Shown here in pieces: positions 9,222-19,512 of a stretch of DNA of 64,000 nucleotides. The stretch is from Gammaproteobacteria bacterium (GTDB lineage Bacteria; Pseudomonadota; Gammaproteobacteria; Eutrophobiales; Eutrophobiaceae): contig CBDCDS010000003.1 in the NCBI GenBank assembly GCA_965215365.1, positions 1,056,001-1,120,000 of the forward strand, read 5' to 3'. Below the pieces are notes generated by a model. The model had not been told where the DNA came from. It was given only the letters and a program-made list of their open reading frames with translations, and searched no databases. The position numbers were made by a program, and so were the translations under genes. Each line of letters opens with the position of its first letter. Within the stretch, counting starts at the first letter, position 1.

Positions 9222-11431
9222 ATTGCATCTCTGTTTGCGGCAACCATGCGTTCCGGCGCGTTATCGCTGCGATTGACCGGCAACCTGATGATGACACAGG
9301 CGCCCGGTTCGTTTTCATTGTTGTTAATCATGACCAGACCGCCATGTTCTTCGATAATTTTCTTCACAATGGCCAACCCCAGGCCAGTGCCTTTCTGCTT
9401 GGTCGTCACGTAGGGTTCAAACACAGCCGACATTATATCCTTGTTTAGTCCACTTCCGGTATCCCGGATGCGAATTTCCACATAATCCATGGTCGTCCGG
9501 CTGATCTGGGCGGTGGAGATTAACACAGATAGAGGTTCTTGCGGGCGGCCTGCATCCAGCGCGTTCGTGATGACGTTGTTGAAAACCTGCCGCAGGCGCT
9601 CCGGGTCGGCGCTGAGCACCGCCAGCTCCCGGCTCAGGCTGAGGCTGATGCTGGCGTTGTTGTCCATGTTGTTATAGAGGTCGGCGACTTCCTCCAGCAG
9701 GCTGTTGACATCCACCGCACGCGGTGTCATGACCGGCGCCCTGGCATAATCGGAAAAGGCGCTCACCATGCCTTTCATGGTTTCCACTTGGTTGATGATG
9801 GTGTTGGTGAGCCGGTTCAGCGTCTTGGCCTGGTCCGGGGGTGAGCTATCGAGATATTTGTGGCGCAGGCGTTCCGCGGCCAGTTGTATGGGGGTCAGCG
9901 GATTCCTGATTTCGTGCGCCAGCCGCCGTGCCATCTCGCTCCAGGCCGCATCCCGCTGACCTTGCAGCAAGGCCGTGATGTCATCGAATACGACGATATG
10001 CACCGGTGCCTGTTCCTGCGCCGGCACCACGGAAGTGCCCCTGCAGATAAGCACCTGGCGCCCGCTGGCACCGAACAGGATAACCTGTCGCTCCCACACA
10101 TGTTCCACTTGATCGGACTGGGTGTTGATCAGTTCATGCAGGGGTTCCAGATGGTTATAGCGTGAGCAGATTTGCTCTAACGGCTGCCCGATAATCTTGC
10201 CGAGATCGAGCCCGAGGATGCGCCCGCCGCTGATGTTGATGGTGCGCAGGCAGTTTGCCGCATCCAGCACCAGCACGCCCGAAGATAACCGTTCCAGCAC
10301 CGCTTCTAGGTATTTTTGCTGGGTTTCCGCCTCGTCCTGACTGTATCTGGCCGCATCCCTGGCGTTGGCAATCTTGCGGGTCATGTCGTTGAAGGACACC
10401 ACCAGAAAGCCCAGCTCATCACTGCCTGATACCGGCAGTCTGGTGTGGTAATCGCCTTCGGCCACGGCGCGGGTGCCTTCCGCCAGATCGCGAATCGGCG
10501 CCGCCAGCCGCCGGGCGGAATAAAATGCGGCCCAGACTGCGGAGAACATGCTGAACAGGAATACCATGGTCAGGATCAGGATAAAACTCAACTTGAGCTG
10601 TTCTCTCAGGTAAGACAGTTCCTCGTACTCGGTAAACGCCGACTGCACGCTTTGCGCGAGTTCGTTAACCCGTGCGGTGACCGGGTACAGGGCATGCAGG
10701 ATGCGCGGGCCCACACCGAAGGTGTAATTGGGCAGGTTGACTACGACCCGGAAGGACAATCCAGCGTTTCTGATGGTGTCCATGCCGATATAACTGTTGC
10801 CTTGCAAAACCTGGAACAGGACGCTGTCGGCGGGCGCTTCCGGCACCAGATTATCCGGGTTGGCTGAGCTGTAACCGATAATAATCCCCTGTCTGGTCAG
10901 GACGGTCAGTTCATCGGCACCGCTGCGGCCGCGCAGGCGATCGACTTCAAGGGGAATCGATGCGTCCGGGGTGCGTGCAATATATTCCGCCATTTCCTCA
11001 GACTGCCTGAGCAGTTCCTTCATGCGATTCTCAAGGCCGAGCTGGCTCAATTCCAGCGAGTCCTCCAGCGCTTGTTCTATGCGCAAATCGAACCAACTGT
11101 CGATGCCCCGGTATAGAAAATCCAGGGAGAAGTAGTAGAGGATGAGGATTGGCGCGACCGACAGGATCGCGAACATAGTGACCATGCGCACCGTCAGACG
11201 GGCACCGGCAATGCGTTGCCGGGCCTGTTTGATCAGGCCGCGGATATTCAGGCCGATTAAAATGACCAGGGCCAGCAGGCCCAGAGTGTTGAAAATTAAC
11301 AGGCCGGTATAGAATTCATCGAACTGCGCCGGGTTCTGCAGGGCTTGGCTCAGGATTAACAACGATGCCAGCATGCACACGAACAACAGCACGCCCAGCA
11401 GCAGTATCAAACGTCCGCCACCCGCTTTCAT
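9218..11431 (-). CDS. ntrY: NtrY-like HAMP/PAS sensor histidine kinase
   Basis: ARRLAHEIRNPLTPIQL H-box and GTGLGL G2 box. The ATG at 11431 overlaps the DUF4390 stop; an alternative start is at 11446. Confidence 0.8.
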   Translation of the reverse strand: MKAGGGRLILLLGVLLFVCMLASLLILSQALQNPAQFDEFYTGLLIFNTLGLLALVILIGLNIRGLIKQARQRIAGARLTVRMVTMFAILSVAPILILYYFSLDFLYRGIDSWFDLRIEQALEDSLELSQLGLENRMKELLRQSEEMAEYIARTPDASIPLEVDRLRGRSGADELTVLTRQGIIIGYSSANPDNLVPEAPADSVLFQVLQGNSYIGMDTIRNAGLSFRVVVNLPNYTFGVGPRILHALYPVTARVNELAQSVQSAFTEYEELSYLREQLKLSFILILTMVFLFSMFSAVWAAFYSARRLAAPIRDLAEGTRAVAEGDYHTRLPVSGSDELGFLVVSFNDMTRKIANARDAARYSQDEAETQQKYLEAVLERLSSGVLVLDAANCLRTINISGGRILGLDLGKIIGQPLEQICSRYNHLEPLHELINTQSDQVEHVWERQVILFGASGRQVLICRGTSVVPAQEQAPVHIVVFDDITALLQGQRDAAWSEMARRLAHEIRNPLTPIQLAAERLRHKYLDSSPPDQAKTLNRLTNTIINQVETMKGMVSAFSDYARAPVMTPRAVDVNSLLEEVADLYNNMDNNASISLSLSRELAVLSADPERLRQVFNNVITNALDAGRPQEPLSVLISTAQISRTTMDYVEIRIRDTGSGLNKDIMSAVFEPYVTTKQKGTGLGLAIVKKIIEEHGGLVMINNNENEPGACVIIRLPVNRSDNAPERMVAANRDAM

Positions 11432-11982
11432 TGCTCGAGCATCCATCTGTGCCAGCCGCTCTCCGCTTGCCACTTGTTCACCAGGAAGGCCACCGGTTTC
11501 ATCGGCGGCGGCAGGTTTGTTACATTTATCACACCCTTGAGCGCGGCGCGCAACCTGGTCCCGCGCCTGAGTTCCGCAGCGCCCAACAGCAGGTACCGGT
11601 CGAGCCTGCCCATGTATTTCAGCGCGTTTTCCAGGGTGTCAAACTGGCGCTGCTCGGCTTTGCTGACGGTGGTAACGATATATACATCCGACAACGGCAA
11701 GTAGTCCAGCCGGTATTTTATCCGGGCCTCCCGGTACAGCCGGTCGCGCCACCACCGGCGCTGTTCCCTGACCCTGATGATAATGCGCACATCCAGTTCC
11801 ACACCGTGGTCCAGTGCCTCCCGCAAGTCCTCATCCAGGTTAAAATTGATACGCGCATTGATGTAATAATCGCCTGCCACCCGCTCGGAGGAGACCGCAT
11901 CCACAACGATCCCGCCCGCCGCCGCGTGCAGGTCGGCACTGAGCAGCACCAGCAAAAACAGGGTGACGTATGCTGTTTTCAT
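11428..11982 (-). CDS. DUF4390 domain protein
   Basis: Signal peptide, EALDHGVEL, RRWW and LPPPM; usual neighbour upstream of ntrY. Confidence 0.75.
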   Translation of the reverse strand: MKTAYVTLFLLVLLSADLHAAAGGIVVDAVSSERVAGDYYINARINFNLDEDLREALDHGVELDVRIIIRVREQRRWWRDRLYREARIKYRLDYLPLSDVYIVTTVSKAEQRQFDTLENALKYMGRLDRYLLLGAAELRRGTRLRAALKGVINVTNLPPPMKPVAFLVNKWQAESGWHRWMLEQ

Positions 11983-11998
11983 AAACAAGCGCTATTAT

Positions 11999-12152
11999 GG
12001 GCACCTCTAAAAATTAGAGGTGCCCGTGCAGCATAAGGATATGCTGCCAGTAACAGCAAGCACGTAAGTGCTTGAAAATGAAGGAAACGGAAAATCACAT
12101 TTTTTCGTTTCCGTCTCTAAAAATGCCACGGAGGGCATTTTTAGAGGTTACC
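11999..12152. mobile_element. MITE-like element family B (long form) at the left edge of the CRISPR island
   Basis: Terminal inverted repeats GGGCACCTCTAAAAAT ... ATTTTTAGAGGTTACC; interior similar to 41551-41742. Confidence 0.7.
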
Positions 12153-12208
12153 ATATATTGTTTCTCCCGGTTTAATCTACACGGGGGAAGGTCTGGTTTA
12201 CTCAGACT

Positions 12209-12219
12209 GGCAAGCTTGC
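12209..12219. promoter_or_regulatory. Palindromic GGCAAGCTTGC motif upstream of cas6
   Basis: The same motif recurs upstream of cas10 and cas2. Confidence 0.55.
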
Positions 12220-12294
12220 TGTTGGTAGCCATATCAGGGCAATGCTGTATGATCGGGATGGTAATCAGGATCCTATACTTCCTGATATCCCATT

Positions 12295-13305
12295 ATGACA
12301 GTTTCCACCAGACACAGAACTGAGGCACGCAGCAACCGGGAGGCCGCCGGCAACACCGCGTCGTTGGGTGAGATTAAACTGCCTCTGGCCTGTTATCGTT
12401 TCCGGTTGCGTGCGCGGGAGACGATGCGCTTGCCGGATTATTCTGGATCCGCTTGGCGGGGGGCGTTCGGCAACAGCTTGAAAAAGCTGGTATGTATCAC
12501 CCGCGAACCACAATGTGAGCCTTGCTTGCTGTATCGCAACTGTATTTATCCTTATGTCTTTGAAACACCGCCTGACCCGAGCACAGGCAAACTGCGGAAA
12601 TACAATGCTGCGCCGCATCCGTTTGTACTACGCCCCGGAACCACCCTGAGAGGATATCTGCACCCGGATACCGAACACAACTTGTACCTGACGCTGTTCG
12701 GTCGCGGCAATAACCACCTTCCTTATATCATACACGCACTGGAGCGAGCGACCCAACGAGGCCTGGGCAAGCATAAAGGCAAATTTGATTTGCTGGAATT
12801 GCAACAATATCAGGCTGACGACTGGCGCGGGGTCTATACCCCCGGCGGTGAATTACAGCATCACGCCGCGACTTATGTGGATACGCCGGATTGTCCGGCG
12901 CGCATGACTCTTGAGTTTTTTACACCGATGCGCTGCAAGACTGAAGGTCACTTGGTGACACCGGAACGTTTTACCTTTAAGACGCTGTTCTCCTCCTTGT
13001 TAAGACGGCTGTCCTTGCTCACCACGTTTCATACCGATACCCCGCTGGCAACCGATTTCAAAGGGCTGACCCAGGCCGCCGGAGAAATACCCACGGCACA
13101 CTCTGAGTTACGCTGGCATGACTGGACCCGTTATTCCAGTCGCCAGGACACTCTGATGCAGTTGGGAGGCCTGTCAGGTACGGTAAGCTTCGAAAGCAGC
13201 GAGCTGGCCGTTTTCTGGCCCTACCTGTGGTTGGGACAATGGACTCATGCCGGTAAAAACACCAGCATGGGGCTGGGTAAATATAAAATCACCAACAGGT
13301 ACTGA
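12295..13305 (+). CDS. cas6: Cas6 pre-crRNA processing endoribonuclease
   Basis: GSAWRGAFG, Cys cluster, PHPFVL and C-terminal G-rich loop HAGKNTSMGLGKY. Start uncertain. Confidence 0.9.
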   Translation: MTVSTRHRTEARSNREAAGNTASLGEIKLPLACYRFRLRARETMRLPDYSGSAWRGAFGNSLKKLVCITREPQCEPCLLYRNCIYPYVFETPPDPSTGKLRKYNAAPHPFVLRPGTTLRGYLHPDTEHNLYLTLFGRGNNHLPYIIHALERATQRGLGKHKGKFDLLELQQYQADDWRGVYTPGGELQHHAATYVDTPDCPARMTLEFFTPMRCKTEGHLVTPERFTFKTLFSSLLRRLSLLTTFHTDTPLATDFKGLTQAAGEIPTAHSELRWHDWTRYSSRQDTLMQLGGLSGTVSFESSELAVFWPYLWLGQWTHAGKNTSMGLGKYKITNRY

Positions 13306-13308
13306 GCG

Positions 13309-14562
13309 GTGTCTGTGATGAATGATATTGCCACAAAAACCAGGCCATCCTGCTCTCCGGCTGATTTCAAACGACGCATATTGCTGTGTGTAGCCGGTTT
13401 GTCCCCCCAGGTCATTACGGAAACGCTGTATGAACTGGTCACGCGCAAGGACCGGTTTATCCCAACCTGCATTTACGTCATTACTACGCGCGAGGGCGCA
13501 CACCGGATACGTCTCAACTTGCTGGAACCGGACCCGAACGAACAACATTTTCACCGGCTTTGCGCCGAACTGGATATCGATCCGGAAAGCATCGCGTTCC
13601 ATATTGATACCATCTGTCGAAACAGCCCCCCTACATCTGTCGGTATACCTGCTATCGGGGTCAGTCAGACAGCGCTGGCATCGGACATCGCAGTGCTGGA
13701 CGATATCCGTAGCATCACCGACAATGAAATTGCCGCTGACGCCATTACCAGTACCGTGCGCACCCTGACGGCAGACCCGGAGGCAGCAATCCACGCATCC
13801 ATCGCCGGCGGGCGCAAAACCATGGGTTTCTACCTGGGCTATACGCTGAGCCTGTTCGGACGGGAGCAGGACCGCCTGTCTCACGTTCTGGTATCGCCCC
13901 CATTTGAAGCGCATCCGCAATTTTACTATCCCCCGCAAAGCCCCAAGGTACTGCGTGACCGGGACAACCGGCCCATACACACCGGGGACGCCAGCATCAC
14001 ACTAGCTGATATTCCGTTCGTGCGTTTGCGCGGGCACTTGGACAGCAGCATCCTGGGTGAGGGCATAAGCTATTCAGAGACCGTCGCCCGCACCCAGCGC
14101 AATGTCAATCCGCCACACTTGGAACTGGATACAGCGAGCAAGTTGATAGATTGTGGCGGCTGTCGCGTTGAGCTGTCACCTAGCCTGTTTGCGTTTTATG
14201 CCTGGTTTGCACGCCGTCTGCTGGCAGGCAGGCCGGGAGTCCACTGGGCTCAGCCTGACGCCGCGCAAGAATACCTTGCCGAATATGCCCGAGTGGTCGG
14301 TGATTGCAGTGGCGACTACGAAAACGCGTGTAAAAGCCTGCAGCGGGGTATGGACCAGTCGTTTTATGAGCCGAAGATCAGTAAAATTAACCGTCGGCTT
14401 GAAAATATGCTCGGCAAGGGGCCGGCAAGACCGTATCTGCTGAGTAATATCGGCACGGTTCCCGGCACGCGTTATCGGCTTAAAGGGTTGACGTTGAAAC
14501 ATGAACAGGTACATTCGCAGGGAGAGCATATTCTATCGGCAAGCTTGCCACAGATAACATGA
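13309..14562 (+). CDS. CRISPR-associated CARF protein, NE0113/TIGR02584 family (putative ring nuclease) with C-terminal wHTH-like region
   Basis: ILLCVAGLSPQVITETLY, HASIAGGRKTMGFY and DRLSHVLV. Confidence 0.82.
   Translation: MSVMNDIATKTRPSCSPADFKRRILLCVAGLSPQVITETLYELVTRKDRFIPTCIYVITTREGAHRIRLNLLEPDPNEQHFHRLCAELDIDPESIAFHIDTICRNSPPTSVGIPAIGVSQTALASDIAVLDDIRSITDNEIAADAITSTVRTLTADPEAAIHASIAGGRKTMGFYLGYTLSLFGREQDRLSHVLVSPPFEAHPQFYYPPQSPKVLRDRDNRPIHTGDASITLADIPFVRLRGHLDSSILGEGISYSETVARTQRNVNPPHLELDTASKLIDCGGCRVELSPSLFAFYAWFARRLLAGRPGVHWAQPDAAQEYLAEYARVVGDCSGDYENACKSLQRGMDQSFYEPKISKINRRLENMLGKGPARPYLLSNIGTVPGTRYRLKGLTLKHEQVHSQGEHILSASLPQIT
14538..14549. promoter_or_regulatory. Palindromic GGCAAGCTTGCC motif upstream of cas10
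   Basis: Perfect 12-bp palindrome about 60 bp before the cas10 start. Confidence 0.55.
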
Positions 14563-14610
14563 CAGAGTTGTTGTAGTAATATCACTGTGTGAATAATAAA
14601 ACCGCCTGCT

Positions 14611-17286
14611 ATGTCAGAACCATCCACTCTCATAACACCATCTGCACGCGTAGCGCTGGCTGCTTTTTTGCATGATCTTGGCAAGTTTGCTGAGCGGGCA
14701 AAAATTGACGCTTCTGACGAGCTTATCGAGAATAATAAGCAGCTTTATTGTCCCTATCACCAGGAAGGCAAGTGGTTCTCTCACGTACATGCGGCTTACA
14801 CTGCTATTGCTATGGATGAGATTGAATCCTATCTGCCACCCTTGAAAGGCCATGATGTAGCGCCTTTCGCAGCATGGAGCGCAGCTCAGGTGGATGACTC
14901 ACTTATCAATGGGGCTGCTAAACATCACAAACCGGAGACGTTTCTGCAGTGGGTTATTGCCACCGCTGATCGCGTGGCATCAGGTTTCGAACGTAATGAG
15001 TTTGAACAGTACAACAAGGCGAGAGAAGGCACAAAAGCCGGAAAAAACCATTACACAGCCCGCCAGTTGACCTTGTTCGAGCAGATAAGGCTGGAACACA
15101 AGAACAGACAACAGGAATATCAGTATCGTTACAAACTCAAGCCGCTTTGTCCTGACGCGCTGGCGCCTGTATCAGCACGGGATTATGAACCTGTCGATGA
15201 TGATGTGGCGCAAAGGGAGTACCGGGAGCTCTGGGATGGCTTCGTCGATGGGCTGAAAAAAATACCTGAAGCTCACAGGAAAAATCTGCCGTTGTGGTTG
15301 GGACATTTTGAGTCTTTATGGGCCTGTTTTACTCACGCCATCCCATCTGCCACGGCGTTCAACACCCGCCCGGATGTCTCACTTTACGATCATTCCCGTA
15401 CTACGGCAGCCCTGGCAGTGGCCATCTGGCGTTATCACCGCGAGCACGCGCATGATGAAGCTGAAGTGGTCCGGCGCACGAGTAAGCGAGATGATTGGGA
15501 TGAGAAAAAGTTATTGCTTATCCAGGGGGATTTTTTCGGAATCCAGAATTTCATTTTTGCGAGTGGCGGGGAAACCCAAAAGCGCGCCGCCAAGCTGTTG
15601 CGAGGGCGGTCGTTCTATGTGTCGTTACTGATGGAATGTGCGGCATTGAAAGTGCTCGATCTTTTGGGCTTGCCGGCGACCAGCCAGATCATCAACGCCG
15701 CGGGAAAATTCCTGATTGTTGCACCGAATACCGAAGCCGTGCAGGAGGAGTTGGCTCAAATCCAACAGGAGTTAGACCGGTGGTTCAAGGAACACACCTG
15801 GGCTGCCTCAGGGATTGGCCTTGCGTCGCTGCCGGCTTGTTGTAACGATTTCCTGAAACGCTCGGGGTCAGGTAATGAACCAGCCCCGTTTCAGCAACTG
15901 ATGGACAAGCTGTTTGCAAAGCTGGAGCAGGCTAAACTGCAACGTTTTGACCTGTGCAGTCAGACGCAGGAGTCGGCTGTTTTCAGCAGTTTTTTTAAGC
16001 AGTTTCAACCTGACAAGGGTGTTTGTCGGATCGATGGCAAATCACCGGCCACGCGCCAGGACGAGAATGATAGCGAGGTGTTCCTGAGTGATCTGGCGCA
16101 TGACCAGATTCGAGTTGGAGAATGTCTTACCCGGTACGAGCGTATATTGGTCACACGTTCAAACATCGACCACCATACCCTGCAGCTACCTGTGTTCGGG
16201 TATTTTGTCAGCTTCACTAGGGACGAAGAGATAACCGGCAGGTTCAGTAAACTGGCGGTGGATGGAGACCTTTTACAAGCCTTCGACTTCTCTCTACCTG
16301 AGTCCGGGGGCGCGCCTCTCTGGAACGGCTATGCCAGAAGGCAAATTAACGGTTCCGTGCCCAGGTTTCAGGATTCCGATCTGGAGCATCCGCACAAGTA
16401 CCGGGGAGTGGATGAGCCAGCCAGGATTGGCGAGGTAAAGACATTGAGTCACATTGCCTGTGAGGATGCAGGAGTTGAGGCATTGATGACTCTGAAAGGT
16501 GATGTGGATAATCTTGGACAGATATTCAAAGAAGGGCTGGTGCATCCGGGCGTGGAGGGGATGACCTTTGCCAAAATGGCAGCTTTGTCACGGCAAATGG
16601 ACGCTTTTTTCACAATATATCTGCCTTATCGATGTCGGCAGGATTATCCTGATACCTATACGGTATTCGCTGGTGGGGATGATTTTTTCCTGATCGGGCC
16701 TTGGCATTCGCAGCTCGGTCTGGCCCGGAAAATGCGATACTGGTTCAGTGAGTATGTTGCCCATAACCGCGAAGTGCATTTTTCGATTGGCCTGACCATG
16801 ACCAAGCCCGGGTTGCCAATACGCCACTTGGCAGCTCAGTCTGAACATGCTTTAGAAGCAGCCAAAGGGCATAATCTCCGAGCAGTAAAACCGGCGCCAA
16901 AGAATGCCGTTACCTGTTTCGGACACAGCGTTGGCTGGAATGAGTTCGAGGCGCTGATGGAAAATGTCAGCGCCTTGGAGATGTTGGCTGAAAAGATAAG
17001 GCTCAGTACAGGTTACCTGTATGGCCTGTTGCAGTTAACGGACATGCGGGCAGAAATTGATAAAAAACTGGAAAATGCCTTATGGCGCGCCTGGTTTGCT
17101 TATCGCACCAAGCGGATGCTTGAACGTGACCATGGTCTGGATGAGGAGCAACGACAGGAATATCAGAGTACATTAGCTGCAACCATCGCAGAAAATGGGA
17201 TACAAAAGCACAAACGAGCATACAAAATTGCCTTGTTTACCTATCTCTATCAACATCGTGGGGAAGAGGTTCTAATACATGAATAG
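14611..17286 (+). CDS. cas10: Type III-A Cas10/Csm1
   Basis: HD nuclease motif LHDLGK, DVSLYDH, LLRGRSF, KGDVDNLG and intact Palm motif FAGGDD. Confidence 0.96.
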   Translation: MSEPSTLITPSARVALAAFLHDLGKFAERAKIDASDELIENNKQLYCPYHQEGKWFSHVHAAYTAIAMDEIESYLPPLKGHDVAPFAAWSAAQVDDSLINGAAKHHKPETFLQWVIATADRVASGFERNEFEQYNKAREGTKAGKNHYTARQLTLFEQIRLEHKNRQQEYQYRYKLKPLCPDALAPVSARDYEPVDDDVAQREYRELWDGFVDGLKKIPEAHRKNLPLWLGHFESLWACFTHAIPSATAFNTRPDVSLYDHSRTTAALAVAIWRYHREHAHDEAEVVRRTSKRDDWDEKKLLLIQGDFFGIQNFIFASGGETQKRAAKLLRGRSFYVSLLMECAALKVLDLLGLPATSQIINAAGKFLIVAPNTEAVQEELAQIQQELDRWFKEHTWAASGIGLASLPACCNDFLKRSGSGNEPAPFQQLMDKLFAKLEQAKLQRFDLCSQTQESAVFSSFFKQFQPDKGVCRIDGKSPATRQDENDSEVFLSDLAHDQIRVGECLTRYERILVTRSNIDHHTLQLPVFGYFVSFTRDEEITGRFSKLAVDGDLLQAFDFSLPESGGAPLWNGYARRQINGSVPRFQDSDLEHPHKYRGVDEPARIGEVKTLSHIACEDAGVEALMTLKGDVDNLGQIFKEGLVHPGVEGMTFAKMAALSRQMDAFFTIYLPYRCRQDYPDTYTVFAGGDDFFLIGPWHSQLGLARKMRYWFSEYVAHNREVHFSIGLTMTKPGLPIRHLAAQSEHALEAAKGHNLRAVKPAPKNAVTCFGHSVGWNEFEALMENVSALEMLAEKIRLSTGYLYGLLQLTDMRAEIDKKLENALWRAWFAYRTKRMLERDHGLDEEQRQEYQSTLAATIAENGIQKHKRAYKIALFTYLYQHRGEEVLIHE

Positions 17287-17773
17287 TAAGAGACATCACA
17301 GCAACGAAAGCCAACAACACAGGCAGCACGGTGGGACACAATCCCGGTCAGGATTCCCTTTTGAAATAGAGCGTATCGCGCTTGCAGAGGATGAATTAAT
17401 GTCGGATATGTTCAGCAGTGTTGCGGAAGATGCCGCAAAACACGTAGCCGAATGGGATGAGCAGAGCAAGGAAGCAGGGAAGCAAGCCAGCAAATCGACA
17501 CAGTTGCGTAAGTTCTACGATGAGATTTGTATGTGGCACAGCAAGGTTCAAGATGATAGCGCGTGTCTGCAAAAAAACTTGCCTTTGATACTGATGTTGA
17601 AAGCAAAAGTTGCTTATTCGGAAGGTCGTAAACATGTAAACAAAGCCTATGTAAACGTCTTAAACCGTTGCTTGGATCAACTGCAAGCAAGAGCAGAGCC
17701 ACGAACACTTCAAAATCTGAAATTATTCATGGAGGCCTTTACCGGTTTTTACAAGGTTTACGGCCCAAAATAA
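17279..17773 (+). CDS. csm2: Csm2 small subunit
   Basis: STQLRKFYDE, LKAKVAY and FMEAFTGFYK. Confidence 0.92.
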   Translation: MNSKRHHSNESQQHRQHGGTQSRSGFPFEIERIALAEDELMSDMFSSVAEDAAKHVAEWDEQSKEAGKQASKSTQLRKFYDEICMWHSKVQDDSACLQKNLPLILMLKAKVAYSEGRKHVNKAYVNVLNRCLDQLQARAEPRTLQNLKLFMEAFTGFYKVYGPK

Positions 17774-17788
17774 TCGGGAGATACCAAG

Positions 17789-18511
17789 ATGCAACTTACA
17801 GCAATCAGAATAATCACTGGAGAAATAGAGCTACTCAGCGGCTTACATATCGGTGGTGGCGATGCCGATATGCACATCGGTGGTATCGATAACGCAGTGA
17901 TCAAACATCCGGTTACACAGCAACCGTATATTCCCGGTTCCAGTATCAAGGGTAAAATGCGCAGTCTGCTGGAATGGGAGTTGGGAGTGGTTGGCCATAC
18001 GCAGGGGAAGCCACTCAGTTTCAGCCACGTTGAAAAGCTGGAAGACGACCAACAAGAAGGCGCTAAAATCATGCTGAAACTTTTTGGCGGCGCCCCCGAC
18101 AATAATGTACAACACCTAGTTAAGGAAATCGGCCCCACCCGTCTGGCTTTTTGGGACTGCTCCCTCGACACTGATTGGGTCAAGGAAATGGAAGACAGGA
18201 ATCTCCTGTTAACGGAGGCCAAGATGGAAAACTCCATCGACCGTATTCGTGGTGTGGCTGAGAACCCGCGTCAGACAGAGCGCGTGCCCGCCGGCGCGAA
18301 ATTCTGTTTCAAACTGAGCCTGCGTCAGCATGAAGGCGACGGCAACCTGATGGAGGTAATCCTCAAGGGGCTGCGTCTGATAGAGCTTTCCGGACTCGGA
18401 GGGTCAGGTTCGCGCGGTTACGGCAAGGTCAGGTTCAATAAGCTGGCCTGTGAAAACGAGTCTCTTGAAGAGCATATGAAAACTATTGATCCGTTTCTTT
18501 CTACGGACTGA
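17789..18511 (+). CDS. csm3: Csm3 RAMP backbone RNase
   Basis: GLHIGG, IGGIDN (catalytic Asp), PYIPGSSIKGKMRSLLE and LGGSGSRGYG. Confidence 0.95.
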   Translation: MQLTAIRIITGEIELLSGLHIGGGDADMHIGGIDNAVIKHPVTQQPYIPGSSIKGKMRSLLEWELGVVGHTQGKPLSFSHVEKLEDDQQEGAKIMLKLFGGAPDNNVQHLVKEIGPTRLAFWDCSLDTDWVKEMEDRNLLLTEAKMENSIDRIRGVAENPRQTERVPAGAKFCFKLSLRQHEGDGNLMEVILKGLRLIELSGLGGSGSRGYGKVRFNKLACENESLEEHMKTIDPFLSTD

Positions 18512-18522
18512 TCGATATACCT

Positions 18523-19512
18523 GTGAAGCGCTATTGTATCACCGTCGAGCCGGAATCCGCTTTCGGCACGCCGCTAAAAGGCGACACCTTGTTTGGTCAA
18601 CTGTGTTGGGCGATTTTGAACCGGCACGGTCAGGAGCACCTGGAAGTATTATTGGGCGATTATTCGAGACGGCCCTTCGCTGTTTGTTCGGACGGTTTCC
18701 CCAACGCCTATTTACCGCGCCCATCCCTGCCTGTTTCCTGTTTCAGTCTCCCGCAAGGTGAGGATTACAAAGCTATCAAGAAAAGACTCTGGATACCTAT
18801 GGATACATTGGACGCTCCGGTCCCACAGTGGTTACACACTGCCAAATCGGACAGTGAACTGCCAGTCAAACCGGGCGTGAGCAAAGCACAACGCCAGAAT
18901 ACGCAAAAACCGACATGGGAACATTATCAGCCCCAACCACATAACAGCATTAACCGCCTGACCGGCACGACTGGCGAGGGCATGTTTGCCCCGTACAGTC
19001 AGCAGCAAATCTGGTATTGGCCAGGCAGTAGCCTCAATGTGTACCTGTTGCTTGATGAGACGCAATTATCCCTGCAGGAGGTCCGGACGTTGCTATGTGA
19101 TATCGGTGTTTTTGGTTATGGTCGCGACGCAAGTATCGGGCTTGGAAAATTCAGGTTGACTGATTGTGTCGAAGCGGAATTTAACGCGCCTGAAAATGCG
19201 AATGCCTGCCTGACGTTGGCGCCATGCGCCCCGCAAGGGATGGGCATGGATGGCCGCCACAGCTACTACAACACTGTTACTCGTTTCGGTCGTCACGGCG
19301 ATGTTGGCGTGCATGGGGCGCATGGTCCTTTCAAAGCGCCGGTACTATTGGCCGACACTGGCGCAGTATTTACCCCAGTCAAGGAAGGTCAAACCCGCAT
19401 CGGCCAGGCTCTTGGCGGACTCTCAAAGACGATTCCGGGCACAGTACACCAAGGCTATGCGCCCTGCGTCCCCATCTACCTGCCGCCAAAGACACAGCAG
19501 GTGATAACGTGA
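18523..19512 (+). CDS. csm4: Csm4 RAMP subunit
   Basis: GDTLFGQLCW, HNSINRLTG and GYGRDASIGLGKF. Confidence 0.9.
   Translation: MKRYCITVEPESAFGTPLKGDTLFGQLCWAILNRHGQEHLEVLLGDYSRRPFAVCSDGFPNAYLPRPSLPVSCFSLPQGEDYKAIKKRLWIPMDTLDAPVPQWLHTAKSDSELPVKPGVSKAQRQNTQKPTWEHYQPQPHNSINRLTGTTGEGMFAPYSQQQIWYWPGSSLNVYLLLDETQLSLQEVRTLLCDIGVFGYGRDASIGLGKFRLTDCVEAEFNAPENANACLTLAPCAPQGMGMDGRHSYYNTVTRFGRHGDVGVHGAHGPFKAPVLLADTGAVFTPVKEGQTRIGQALGGLSKTIPGTVHQGYAPCVPIYLPPKTQQVIT

Noticed and set aside
19224-19508. N-terminal extension of the 638-aa csm5 ORF
   Set aside because: Overlaps csm4; the GTG at 19509 gives a normal Csm5 start.
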